Of a stretch of 64,000 nt of DNA, positions 36,046-48,259 are shown piece after piece. The notes under the pieces are model-generated. The model was not told the DNA's origin and searched no databases. It was given only the letters and a program-made list of their open reading frames with translations. Location: assembly GCA_965649825.1 (NCBI GenBank), contig OZ287703.1, positions 739,722-803,721 of the forward strand, given 5' to 3'. Origin of the DNA: Penicillus capitatus (taxonomy: Eukaryota; Plantae; Chlorophyta). A program made the position numbers and the translations under genes. Position 1 is the first letter of the stretch, and every line of letters begins with the position of its first letter.

Positions 36046-36581
36046 ATGTCTTCTTATTTCGGTATGAGGTATGTTGGGTGGACTGTTCTGTTCGCGACCG
36101 AAATCGGTGCACAAGGTACACGCCCCTGGCGCTTGTCGAGTCCCCAGCTCATTGTCGACCGTTCATCTGTGACAGCATCTCCCAACTTCCTTGATGTGAG
36201 TGCGCAATGCTCCGCCTTCGTCGCTGCGTCGGCGCCGCGTGTCCGTGAAGTACTTAAGAGGACTGAGGAAAACGAGTGTCATCCCAAAGACATTATTTCC
36301 CTCGCCCGATGCACCGCATCTGCTAAGGCAGAGGTGCAGACAGAGGGGTGCACCATATCCCGTGAAGGAATTCGCAGACCGCATCCAAAGAACCATTGCA
36401 ACTGCTTTCGCCTTTTTTGCAGTGTCATGTACAGAAGGTATGCATCGAACGTTGCTATTCACTACATCAGTTTCAACCTGCAGACGGAGAAGCTGATGCC
36501 GAGGGCACTGGAATTTCAGAAGTCACTCCTGGTGCGTCGAGTCCAAAGGGTCAAGCCGAGAGCGATAGCAGAGATTTCTGA
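36046..36581 (+). CDS. small putative secreted protein, possibly a shortened relative of the 14-Cys family
   Basis: Hydrophobic N-terminus with a phase-1 intron, plus Ala/Cys segments AQCSAFVAASA, RCTASAKAE and IATAFAFFAVSC. Confidence 0.4.
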
Positions 36582-37635
36582 GCATGTGCTGGTGGAATCG
36601 TAACGTCGAGGCTCGTTTAGAGTGATACCACAAAATGCTTTCATGATTTCTCGACATCTACGGGCAGATGGATCACGTCAAGCTTCAAGCTTTGTCATTT
36701 CGACGTTTCTTCCCTGATTTGTTCGTGTTTTGAGGAATCATCCCTGTCGATTACCACCTGGAGCGTCGGCAATTTATTTGGAGACACGTATGCAAGAAGA
36801 TCACGCTCCTCTCTGCCTACGGCTTATTCCTTTCGGCCGAAGCTTCGTCTCCATTCGAGAGTGTAAACAGATCAAGGGGTGTTTGATGCGTGATTGAAGT
36901 GAAGCCACTTGTACAAATCGATGCAACGTGCTGTTCGGTTGAACGTTGCTCACCTATCGAAACGATCGTCGTTTTCGATCGGCAGAGGATGGATGCGCAC
37001 ACAGAGTTCCGCATGACGTCAAGAAAGAGGATATTTTGTCCAGCACGCTTTCATGTTGTTACTTCATCTCCGCAAATGACGTTTCCGCCTCATGACGCCT
37101 CGTTGCTCATCGTGTTCTCGGATAAACCGAGACAGAACGCCGCTGAGCATTGTTTTTTTGTTCTACGGCATGCGCGTGCTGTTGGGTATCGTGAACGGAA
37201 GCTGAACTGAACGTCCCATTTATTGCAGCATATCCACAGAGGCTGAGCGAAGAGTACTAACGGCGCATGCTTCGTTTACGGCGCAAGACGTTCGTCCTCT
37301 ATCCACTCACCGTCCAAGAGAAGTGCCGATGACGCATTCTAAAATACTAAAGCCAAAACGCCCGCATCGGTCGATAATGTCGTTCGTGGTCGTGACGCGT
37401 CCTCTAGCTCCGATACGCTTACACTAAGCATCAGCTGCTGTCACGCCGGTACGGTAGAGGTTAAAATGGGGGAAGGTACTCGACACCCGTGCTGCAGTCG
37501 CATGCTTGGTGCGTCTTGCTGTGGAAGGTCGCGTCTAGAACATGTGGTTAAAAATCAGTAAATGGCAGCATGGCATATCGTGAGCGTGTTATTCGAGGTT
37601 TTGTTCTTTGTTTTCTGAAAGTTCGTCTTCACAGT

Positions 37636-38356
37636 ATGGCGTTCTTCCCGCTCGGTCTTTCCGCTTACCTCGCAGCGTTTACGTTTGCCGCTTTGATCTC
37701 TTCCTCTTCGGCCTCCAACGTCCGTCGCCTGCACTACGTCGAAACGGAAGATGCCTCGTACAAAGGTATCCTTGTCTAGGATCTCCCTTGGCGCTCACGC
37801 AAGCATGATGGTGGCAGATGTGAACGGATTCGAGGACTTCGGTGGCGTCTCTGTGTTTGGCCGAGATTCGGAAACGGCAAACGCTGCGACAACAACAACA
37901 ATGAAGCATGGCTCCGTTTCGCTTGACGCAGACAATCGCGTTAACATCGAAAACGGAAAACCGCAGGAAATGCTAGAAGTCAACAGCAAGCGAACAAACC
38001 AGCAAAATGCCAAAAAAAAGTGTAAATGCTGGAAAGGCGGAAGCCCCCAGAAAAACTGCGAATGCGGCGCAAATGAAAGATTAACGTTTAGCGGTTATAA
38101 CGTCGACGATGTTGATGAAAGAGCAAAATGTGAGGCAGATAAAGAGAAAGAAGGCGCCATCTTTTTCACGACCGCGAGTTGCAATTGCTGGATCGTCACA
38201 GGAATGGAAAAAGGATATCTGGTGGAATTTGCAGACGACAAGAAAGAAGAAAACATCGTCAAATGCGCTCCAGATGATATCGATAAAGCCACTTGCAATA
38301 AACTTGGATGCGTCTACATTGTGAAGATCGAAGGTACCTGCTGGGACATGGAGTAA
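37636..38356 (+). CDS. secreted Cys-rich protein, RRLxYVExED family member 2
   Basis: Signal peptide then RRLHYVETED. A 52-nt phase-1 intron after ...SYK joins the 37751-38356 frame. Ends CNKLGCVYIVKIEGTCWDME. Confidence 0.8.
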
Positions 38357-38998
38357 CTAGCGTGCGGCAAACCATTGAGCAATGCACGTACTTACATGGA
38401 GTTCAGGCCCATGTTTTTTTTCACACGACCGAGACTTTGAGCAAACGACACGTTTCGGCCGAATGCTGTGACACAACTTGTATCATGCTTTAAGGTTTTT
38501 TTTTGTTGTCGGCACGATGAAAGTTGTCACTTGTGGCGGTCCTCAATCTTTAACAACCCGGTGCTGTGTCTTGTCTATCGCGTTATGTCGCTGGCGACAG
38601 GTTAACGCCGTGCTGTGACCCGTTGTGTGCATGGCTGCTTGGAGAGAGGTGCATCGTCGCGCTGCTTGAGAGCAGCAACGCCGAAGAGAGGGCGCTTTGC
38701 CATTCAGCTCTGCAAATTGTCGGCAGACTATGTTCGGCCCGAACGTCCCGTCGTCGACCGTTGTCTGAATTGACGTACATCTCTTAGCCTGCCCTGCTTC
38801 CCTCGTTTCTGAAGGCCTGCTGCGATTCGTTATATAAATCCGTCGGCATCACTGCCGCCGTACCTCTATCCGCTCGTTTTACTATTTCGTACGCTATATA
38901 CAACTTCACGGTGCTTTTCGTAGCACGTTGGGTACACCCGCTAGCCAGAAAACGACACGATGCGAAGGGGAGGACGCACGACAGTAACCTGGAGCTCA

Positions 38999-41389
38999 AT
39001 GCGCTACCTGTTCGTTGCTCTCTTTCTCCTGTTCTCGGCTTCGTGGTTTCTGACGACTTACAAAGTACTGCGTTCGGCGCAGACCACAGAGAAACTGCGC
39101 AACGCGATTGATTTTTAGACGGGTTCGAAGACCACCTCGCAGATGTCGTTCTTTCGACGGGATCGAGATGAAGAAGTTGTTGCGAATCTGCATCTCCCTC
39201 CTCTCATCAGTGCAAAACCTGCCTCGCTTTCCGGAGGTCACATCACAGAAGAACAAACAAGTTTCCAAAAAAGAGTGACATTGCAGAAAAGTGTGATGGA
39301 GTGCGTGTAGATGATCCTGTGGATCTTGATGCAACTTCCGTCGCCGAAGAATTGGAACTGGCATCGCCCGGTGAACATCCCAAAGTACACATCTTCGCAA
39401 AAAGAGTGATGTGACAGTGCGGTCACACATCAGGTCGCTCTCATGTTCTTGGTAAAGGGTGACATTCATTCAGAACCAATCTGGCGGCAGTTTCTGGAGA
39501 ACGCAGGAAAGCTTTCATTGAAGACCAAGACATTCAAGATTCCCAATATCAATCTAAAGAAGAAACTAAAAAATGGGTTGCATCAGCCCATCAATGGCTT
39601 GGAAGAGTCGAGGTATCCCGGTTACAAAATCCAACATGGTCTGGTACCTCCTTCAAAACATCGAAGCACGAGCTATCCCCACGTCAGGAAACGCCTTCTG
39701 GCTTTCAATTCCTTATCGGGTTAGGCGTCGCCGGCCACGGCAGATCGTCCAGATGATTCAAGATCGATGGTGTCTAGGCGCATCCCTCGATGATCGACCC
39801 GTCTCCCGAGCGGAACAGATCGTCAACATGACGGTCCGACCGACCGATGGCTGGATCAATGCCTCGAATGCTGGTTGCCAAGGGGAAGAAGAGGTCTTAC
39901 AGGAACGAGCAACTTTTCTGCTGAATGGTCTGTGTCATGCGTAATGCGCCTTTATATGATCTCTGGATGGCCTAGACACACGTATGGGTAGCGCCATCTA
40001 CCGGAACCAAGACTTCTTTAGCGTCTATGTCCATGCATCACCCGGATATACATTTCCTCAGACGAGTCTCTTCTACGGTGCGTTCTCAGATGTCCGTCCG
40101 CCTCGTTGGCATGACTGGGTGGGTGGGTTCAGGTCTGGAAGTGAAGAATCCCGTGAATTTGACAAATGCTTTTGCATTGCATACACTCGTCATGGCGGAA
40201 ATGAAGTTGCTGGAAGCTGCACTGAAAGATGAGCGCAATCAGAAATTTATTCTTCTCTCTGAGTCTTGTATTCCGATTCATCCTCCTGAAGTGATCTACG
40301 CACAGGTCTGATGATACTGACGGACACATCTCACTCTTACAATGTGTGACCACGGGTCAAGGTTATTCACGAATCGAAGTCCCGAATCAATGCATGCTTG
40401 GATATGCAAGACTACGGCCGACTGGAGCTCTGGAGGTACGCACTGCTGAGAGACATCTCTGACGATGGACGGTTTCTAGATGGAAAGTCAAAATGGAGAC
40501 AAAGCACTTAAAGAAAGAGCATTGGAGGAAAAGCCAGCAATGGTTCATTCTTAACAGATTCCACGCAGAACTGGCTGTCAAAGACGAGCACATCAAAGAA
40601 GTCTTCAAGCGGTATCGCCACTCCTCTCTCTTTCCATCCTGCTCAAAAGAAGCCACAGATATTGTTGGTCTTATGGCAAGCACATCTGCGTGAGTGACGA
40701 GCACTATTTACCGACGCTACTCGCAAGCTATGGTCTGGAAGATGAAGTAGCTCTCATAGAGATGCCGGCCGACCCATGAGATGATGCTCTGTGTGTCTGT
40801 GCCCTAGACGGATTGTTTGGGGGAAGGGACGTGGACAAACTGGACGGATTGGGGATGGCATCCCAAGACGTTTGAACCGGAGGAGGTCTCACCGAAGCTG
40901 CTAAGAATGTGCGCATTCACGGCATTCCGTCTCCTCCTGTCTCACACGTTCTTTTCTGTCGTGTCTATCCAGTACGATGAACCGTGGCTGGCCACCCTGC
41001 GATCCACTGTCTGCAAGAAAGACAGCGTTGCGTTTGTTTCATGTCGATGATGTGACTGTTGGGCGGAATGGAGGCACGAAGGACGCTGTGCTATTCAAGG
41101 ACGAGTGTATGGACGATCGAGTGGATATCATGTCCGAAGGCTGGGCGTCCGAACAAGCTCAAATGACATCTGATGATTGGGTCCGATCACATGCCCTTTG
41201 CTCTACCCTGCTGACGGCGACTGTGTGTTGCAGACGATGCACGGCGGCTATGTGCCGCTCGGATACGAATGTCCAATCTTTGCTCGCAAGTTCCCACCAG
41301 AGGCGATTCCGGAAGCGCTCAATGCCACGCTGTCGTGCAGTGGATCGGCTCTGGGTCCTTGGTGCTCTCAGTGGCATCGGTCGCAATAA
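38999..41389 (+). CDS. core-2/I-branching beta-1,6-GlcNAc transferase-like protein (DUF266/BC10 type)
   Basis: Type II anchor MRYLFVALFLLFSASWFL, and motifs ALMFLVKGDI..E.IW..F, FSVYVH, NQKFILLSESCIP, WRKSQQWF.L.R.HA, SDEHY.PTLL and FARKF. Confidence 0.88.
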
Positions 41390-41711
41390 TGTTTATGTGT
41401 GTGATCCGTTGCTGATGGTAAGCTGCTGGGAATAACGTAGCCCGAAGGGATACATGATCTCGAGTGTTGACCGCACGTGCAGGGCACCTCTCGACCGTAC
41501 TCTTCATAACAGGGGACGACGCTTAATTACTGTTGTATGTTGTGCTTGTTTGTCCGGTACTTCAGAACGGCCTCATCGTGTGAAGAGACGCCGATCTTAT
41601 CACAGCATCGTTGCTTGTCATCTCAGGAACGACGAATCACTGGCCATTAATCGAACGCCACGTGTTTGTTCGTGCAGTTTGTGCCTCGGCAAAAGACCCT
41701 TAGGTTCAACC

Positions 41712-43827
41712 ATGCAACGCAAGACGCTGCGTCTGGCGCTGCTGCTCCTCGGACTGCTTGCCCTTGTCGTTCACGCGAGCGAGGTTCCACAAAAGCGCCG
41801 AGCGTTCTTCGCAGATCGCAAAGATCTCAGCGAGCTCAACGAAAAAGACAAAAAATCTAAAGACGACACCGGTGACGACGGAGACGGCGGAGACGGCGGA
41901 GACGGCGGCGACGGAGAGGATACGAAGCGTAAGTGTGTGAAGGATAAAGATGAGCCCAAGCTAGAACTCTCCTACACCGACAACAAGTGCGTTTCTCCGC
42001 CACGAACTCCGGATGACAGCCGTTCCCGTCTTTAGGCCAATTATTCCTTTGCCAAATTCGTGCCGCTACTACCGCACACTTCTGGCACTCGACGGCGGCG
42101 GCATGCGCGGTCTGCTGACGACGCAAGTACTGAAGCAACTCGTTGAGTCTATCAAACAGTACTATCTCACGCACTCGGACACCCTCTCCTTGGTGGATCA
42201 GTGTGCACGCATTGTCACCAAGAACGATTTCCACATCGACATTGCCGACTACTTCGATGCCTTTGCTGGGATCTCGGCCGGATCGTGGATGGCTACTTAT
42301 CTTTCCTCCAAAGGAGGAGCCCACAAACAGAGTAAACAGATTTTTGAACTGCAACATATCAAACGCCGTTTTGGCACGATCCGTGCGGGATCGGTCGAAG
42401 GACTCGATGTCTACTTCCTGGAGTACGGCATCTACATCTATCCCCCTCAAGCCTTGCCAGTCCGTCCCGATCTTCGTCTGCTTGGCTATCCAGGCCTTAA
42501 GATTGATGCAATCACGACGGCGATATACAGCCCACGTGGATTGGAATGGACGTTGGATAAATTCTTGGGCGATACACGTTTGAGTGAAGTCAAGTCATCG
42601 TTACTCATTGTGGCATTCGATCTCAACATGCGATCGACGGTGCAGTTTGTGTACGACAGGCTCGAGGATCTCGAATCCCGCGTCAGGCTTCGCGGAATTG
42701 CGAAGAAAAAACTGGACCTCAACGACTGCGTCAGAAGACTCGAAGAATACAAGGCTTCAGACGACAAAAAAGAACCAGTTTACCAGCAAATCATAAAAGA
42801 CTGCGACCATCTAGCGAAATATAAAAAATCTGATACGGAGCCAGAGCCGAAACCGGAATCAGAGAAAGTTAAAAAGAAAGGCACCGTGCGTACTGGATAC
42901 GTTTGGACGCGGACGATTCCACGGGATCTCACAAATGCCGTAGATTTTGAAGAACCTGGTGTTAAGTACTACATCGGGATGGATTATCTCCTCAAGGACA
43001 TCACACGTGCCAGTTCTGCCTTTCCAATGCTCCACCCTTCCAAGAATGTCAAGGCCTTCTATGATGTCCGTCACGAATACGATCTCATCGATGGAGCCAT
43101 GGTCGGCAACAATCCATTGCTCCATGCCCTTGTCTGGATGGCGGGGAATCCCAACGTCAATTTGACGGACATTGCGTCGATATCTATTGGAACGGGATCG
43201 TCGCTTAACGATCTGAAAGCCTACGCCTACGCTGGGTCGTTGCAGTGGACGGGTCAGATGTTGGCATTGATTCTCGATTCGTCGACGGAGTTTATTCAGT
43301 CCAACATCGACTATCTCTACTACATCACGATGGGCAACCTTGTTTTGCCGAATCAGTATCTCAGAATACAGACGGTCGGTGAAGCGGGATCGGAAGAAGC
43401 GTCGACGTTGGCACAGGTCTCTCTTGTCACAGTGCTTCCAGAACTCAACAGAATGGGAAAACAGACGGCGATCAAATTTAAAGCCAATATCGATAATTTC
43501 GTGAAGGACTTTATCTTTGCTAAATGCAGTCGGTCAGTGTATGGACAGATCGAAAAAGCCAGAGAACATGTTCAGATAGGATTTCTCGAAGACGCTAAGA
43601 CGAAGTACAACGACACGAGATATGAAACACCTGAACCTTCTCCGACTGAACAGCCACTGCCGGAGGCACCTCGAGACGTTAAGAATACAAACGGTGTCAG
43701 CAAAGCGGGCGGCGTCTATCCATCTTCAGAATCGGTGATGCATTTCCCGTTCTTTGACACGGGAAAGATGTCATCCGACGATGGGTTGAAGATCGGGAGT
43801 GCAGAGAAACCGAATCTTGTTGTTTGA
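41712..43827 (+). CDS. secreted patatin-like lipid acyl hydrolase 1
   Basis: Signal peptide, one phase-2 intron, then DGGGMRG, GISAG (catalytic Ser) and DGA (catalytic Asp). Confidence 0.9.
41871..41916 (+). repeat. 9-bp coding repeat (GACGGCGGA)n encoding GDDGDGGDGGDGGDGE
   Basis: Read directly in exon 1 of patatin 1. Confidence 0.85.
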
Positions 43828-44001
43828 AACGACCTTCCTTTGTCGTTGTCTTTTTTCGTACCAACCTGTTCAACTCTTGCATGTAAGCAAATGCAACATG
43901 ATGATCATTGTAGTGTCGGTCGGCCGGTCGATCGGTCGGGTGGATGTAACGACGACGTCACATCCGCGGCTGTCCGTTCCTTCGCGCGTCGAAAAAGCGA
44001 G

Positions 44002-44851
44002 ATGGGCACGCGCATCTACGTCGGCAACTTGAGCACACGTGTCACCGAGAGCGACCTCGAAGATGAAGTGAACCCACGCCGTTCGCGTGCTCCCTTTCGA
44101 GAGCTATGGCGGTTTTGTCAGTTCAAGAAGTTCGGACTCGTGCGCAATATCTGGGTGGCACGTCAGCCGCCAGGATTTGCGTTTGTGGTCATGGAAGACG
44201 ACCGCGACGCCGAAGATGCCATACACAAGATGGACGGTACACTCGCCGTGGCGTCACTGTCGGTCCAGTTCGCGTTAGGTCTGCACGGATGGAAAGTGGA
44301 GTTCTCACGCAAAGATACGCAGCGGCGTCCCGACAGAGGGCCGCCCGGACGCAATGGCCGTGACGTGTACGCCTCCGCCGTACCATAGCACGTCATCTGA
44401 GCGTTCTGCTGCAGGTTTCGTTGTTACGAGTGTGGCGAGCCGGGACATATGGCACGCGATTGTCGAGTGAGGCAGAACCACCGTGGCGGGCGCTACGATC
44501 GCAGGTGAGGCACTCTTTGCCGACGGATGTCTCTGATGGTGTGCTATCAGTCGCAGTCGTGAGTGGCGTCGCAGTCGTTCGCGCTCTTACGATCGTCATC
44601 CCCGTCGAGAGCGGTCTTTTAGCCGAGGCCGTTCGCCAAGTCCCTTGCGGGATCGTTCATTCAGCCGTGGTCGATCACCGAGTCGTGAGCGCCAGGGAAA
44701 TCGCGTCCCAGAACGACATGCCGCCGCATCTGAGATGCGTAACCGTGAGCGATCTCGTGATCGTTCGTTCTCTCGAGGGTCTTTTGATCGTGCCCGAGAA
44801 GAGGCACCGACAGAGCAGCGTCTTTCCGCATCTCCTACGCAGCATGGATGA
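44002..44851 (+). CDS. RSZ22/SRSF7-type SR splicing factor (RRM, zinc knuckle, RS domain)
   Basis: RIYVGNL...DLEDE|F...IWVAR.PPGFAFV (RRM), CYECGEPGHMARDC (CCHC) and an RS-rich tail. Confidence 0.92.
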
Positions 44852-45508
44852 AGTAGAGTGTGCCTTTCCGTTTTCGTGTGCGTTTGTCTAAAGGCCCCGC
44901 ATCGCGAGACGTCAAGCGTTGTCTGCACGCTCACTCCTCTGTTTTCCTTCTTTGCTAGACGTCCGCCCTTGTCAGGAGATGTTCAACAAATGTTCGATCG
45001 ACTCGTCTACATTTATTGGATCGGATCGGCCAACCGAGCGACGGTCGGTCTTTGACACAACGACAGCGACGACGACGCGATTTCTTCTTCTGTCATGACA
45101 TACACAGAGGGCGGCGGGCTCTGAAGGTTTTGTCCGTTGGATCTCGGGAGGTAAGGGCAGCGATCTGTTGACAGAGAGATTGACACGGGTGGTGGTGAGG
45201 GTCATGTATGTATGTCGAGCAGTCGCTTGAAGAGAGCCTGCAACCTGACATGAGAGAGGCAGCAGCAGGACATGGGATACCAGATGCCGTTTATTCACAG
45301 GATGCGTGCGACCTGTCTGTCGTGTTCACCGAACGGACAAACGCACACCCGCACACGAACGCACGTACCAGAAGGGATAATGGACAAGGGGTTTGCCTCC
45401 ACGAGCCCTTACGATTCGATCTTTGCTTTAGTCGTGTGGACGAAAGCGGCGACGATTCTTAGCCGCCTTCGTCTGTCATGTCATGACTGGTCGGCACAAA
45501 ATGCGGAT

Positions 45509-45581
45509 CGCCCGAAGCGAGACTTGAACTCGCGACCACTAGATTAAAAGTCTAGCGCTCTACCAACTGAGCTATCCGGGC
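45509..45581 (-). tRNA. trnK-UUU: tRNA-Lys (anticodon UUU)
   Basis: GCCCGGATAGCTCAGTTGGTAGAGCGCTAGACTTTTAATCTAGTGGTCGCGAGTTCAAGTCTCGCTTCGGGCG, 73 nt, with A and B boxes and a TTTT terminator about 8 nt downstream. Confidence 0.96.
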
Positions 45582-45801
45582 ACGCAAGTTTTGGAACGGC
45601 ATACTTTGGGAACCCATCCAATGTCAAGACAGCCCAGACCATAAGCCAGGCAAGACATTTCCGCGATCGGAGGCACTCTGCCCTTGAACGTTGCAGTATT
45701 CATTACAGCAGGTAACAGTCCTTTCTCAGATAACAACAACAGATATGTTGGTGGTAGGGCTTATGTTTTACAGCACCGCTGGCAGATTTTTTGGGTCACT
45801 G

Positions 45802-47295
45802 TTATTCTTCAGCGAAAATAAAATCGGCAACGAATCGGTCAATAGCTTTGCGGTAACGTTTGACAACGTCCTTGCCGATCTCTTCATACACCGGCAGGTC
45901 ATCTGGCTCTGTCGCACGCGTCAATGCATCGCCCTCCGTGGTGTTCGCAGGTGCTGTGGTCTGGATTCTGAGGTACTGTTCGGGCTGCACTTCTGGATTG
46001 CCGTAGAACAGGTAGTCCACTTGAGATTGCACATTCTCGGCACTGCCGTCTGCCATCACGGTGACAAAGCCATTGTTGAGCAGCCAGCCAAAAGCAGAGG
46101 CGTTCACAATCTGCTCGAGATCGTCCACGGCAACACCGACACCCAGAGAGATCATGGCGATGTCTTTGATGGGGATCGATTTCGGTCCGGTCGACATAAA
46201 GATCAACGCCTGAAGTGTCGGATTGTTCGACACGAGCGCCCCGTCGACGAGACTGTACCTCTGCTCGTCATCGATGGCTTTCACATCCTTAGCCTCGTGG
46301 AATCCAGGAAGGGCACTGCTGGCACGCACGAGATCTCTCATATAGAAATCCAGTCCCTCAGATTTGTCGTCGTCTGGATGATACTCAAAATCTTCGTTCT
46401 TCAAATCGGCATCCGTCGGGGCCTTTCTCGGACGATCTCTGGTGACAACGTGTGACGTGTATGTCACCGAACGGGGATCTTTATCGTCATTGATAAAGTA
46501 GACGTTTCGGCGGCTGATGAGATCGTAGGCGTTGAGGATATAGTAGGTCGAGAGTTCCGAGAGCTTCACATCTCCGTAAAATCGCTCCAGTGCCTCTTCC
46601 AATCCATCCACCGAGTAGAAGGGCGCATTGACACCAGGAATCTCGAAGCTGGGCAGAAAGGCCGGTGCGTTGGTCAGCGCCGCGGTGGTGAGCTCTGGCA
46701 GTGCTGTGAGATTCGTCAGACCGCCTACGACGTCAACTTCCTGCTCGGGAGGTGTGAAATTGACCTGCGGGATGCCGCCAGGATAGATGTCTCTGCCAAA
46801 TTCCATGAAGAAGACCTCAAGGCCTTTCGCCTCGCCCGGTTCAATGGATCCGTATTCCCGGACGATGCGTGAATTGGACAGGAGCTTCTGTGCAGCTCCA
46901 TTACCTCCTTTCGACGCCAAGTATCCTGTCGTCCAGGATCCACCCGAGACACCCGACATCGCGTCAAAGTAATCAGCGAGGAAGACGACAAAATCTTCTT
47001 CGCTCTCAATCTCGGGGGCGTCATCGGGGAGAAGCTCAGGGTGGTCCAGCAGATAACGCTTGATAGAGCTCTCGATTTCGATGGCAACGAGACTCGGAAT
47101 GAGGCAACGCATACCTCCGCCGTCAATCGTCAACGCCGTTGTGTAGCGTCGCGCCTTTTTTGGACGAGGAATGACAGGTCTAAGGAACACACACGTTTGT
47201 CGCGGCGGTTGTCGACGGCGTGCTTACTTCTGTCCCCATGCAACAACGAGGAGCGCCAAGAGGACAGCGCCGAGTAAGCAACCGGAGAATTTCAT
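45802..47295 (-). CDS. secreted patatin-like lipid acyl hydrolase 2
   Basis: Signal peptide MKFSGCLLGAVLLALLVVAWG, phase-2 intron at the same position as in patatin 1, then DGGGMRC, GVSGG and DGA. Confidence 0.9.
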
Positions 47296-48259
47296 GCGTG
47301 TCAACTATCAAGTTTCTTTTGCCGAACGACGGAGATCTTTTTAGTGTACTGCAGCGAATGGCGATGAAGTTCCGTCGGAAGATATAGTGGAAGTTCGAGT
47401 GGACCTCCTTCTCCGTACCTTCGGCGATTGACACGGACGGAACATCTACATGACCGTTGAACGTTACGATCCCCTCGATGTCACATCCGAGACATCGTGG
47501 ATGGCCGAGGAGAGTCAATGGTAACCGAAACGCAATCTTGTTAGGAGGAAGTCAGCCATCTCTGCCAGGGTGTCCTAGGCAGAGGACAGGATACAGCAGG
47601 AAAGGGTAAGGTGTAGGGGCATAGCAAGGGGTTGTTTCCGGAACGTTCCTTGAAGAGGGATGTTAAGGAGATTGGAAGGAGGATGTCTAGTGTGGGTCGT
47701 TAAGGGAGGAGCGTCGCGTCGGACGCTGCGCGGCTGTCGCCAATGGAACGGACAGTGCATTCGCGTTATCCGCGCTATTCAGCAAGGAGGCTCAGAGCAA
47801 CACAGACGAGCGTCTTTTCTGAGCGTCGTCGAGCAATGAGCGAGCCTGTGCCAAACAGCGACCCATTCTGAATCCACCCAAGTGTAGATTTTATTTTCCC
47901 GGCGGCAGGTATTCGGTCAATAACCACCTCTTCTGCACTCGGTGTCAACCTCTGCCAGAATAGATGGACAGTTGGATCGTTCCTTAGGCACCGATCGTAT
48001 GCCTCATCGCCTTTTGTCTTATCGTTTGGACATCTGATCCGACCAGGAGATGCAGCAACGCCAATCGAGAGCGTCACAGCAGCTTGAATAATTCATCTTC
48101 AACGGGCCGTAGATCCCGTCCGATGACGCCGACCCGAACAGCCAATTCTCAGATACTTGCTTCGAGGCGTATCGCTTCCCCGATCGTCCACTGCATCCAA
48201 CATCGGATGGCTTCGATTCCAAAGCACCGGCGGCAATACGTCGCAATACGTTGGTCTTG

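Noticed and set aside
44596-44934. Antisense and alternative-frame ORFs over the RS domain
   Set aside because: By-products of the repetitive CGN/AGY codon composition of the SR gene.
47575-47720. Purine/G-rich strand with several G runs (possible G-quadruplex)
   Set aside because: Loops are long and irregular (up to about 25 nt). It looks like ordinary promoter sequence between divergent genes.
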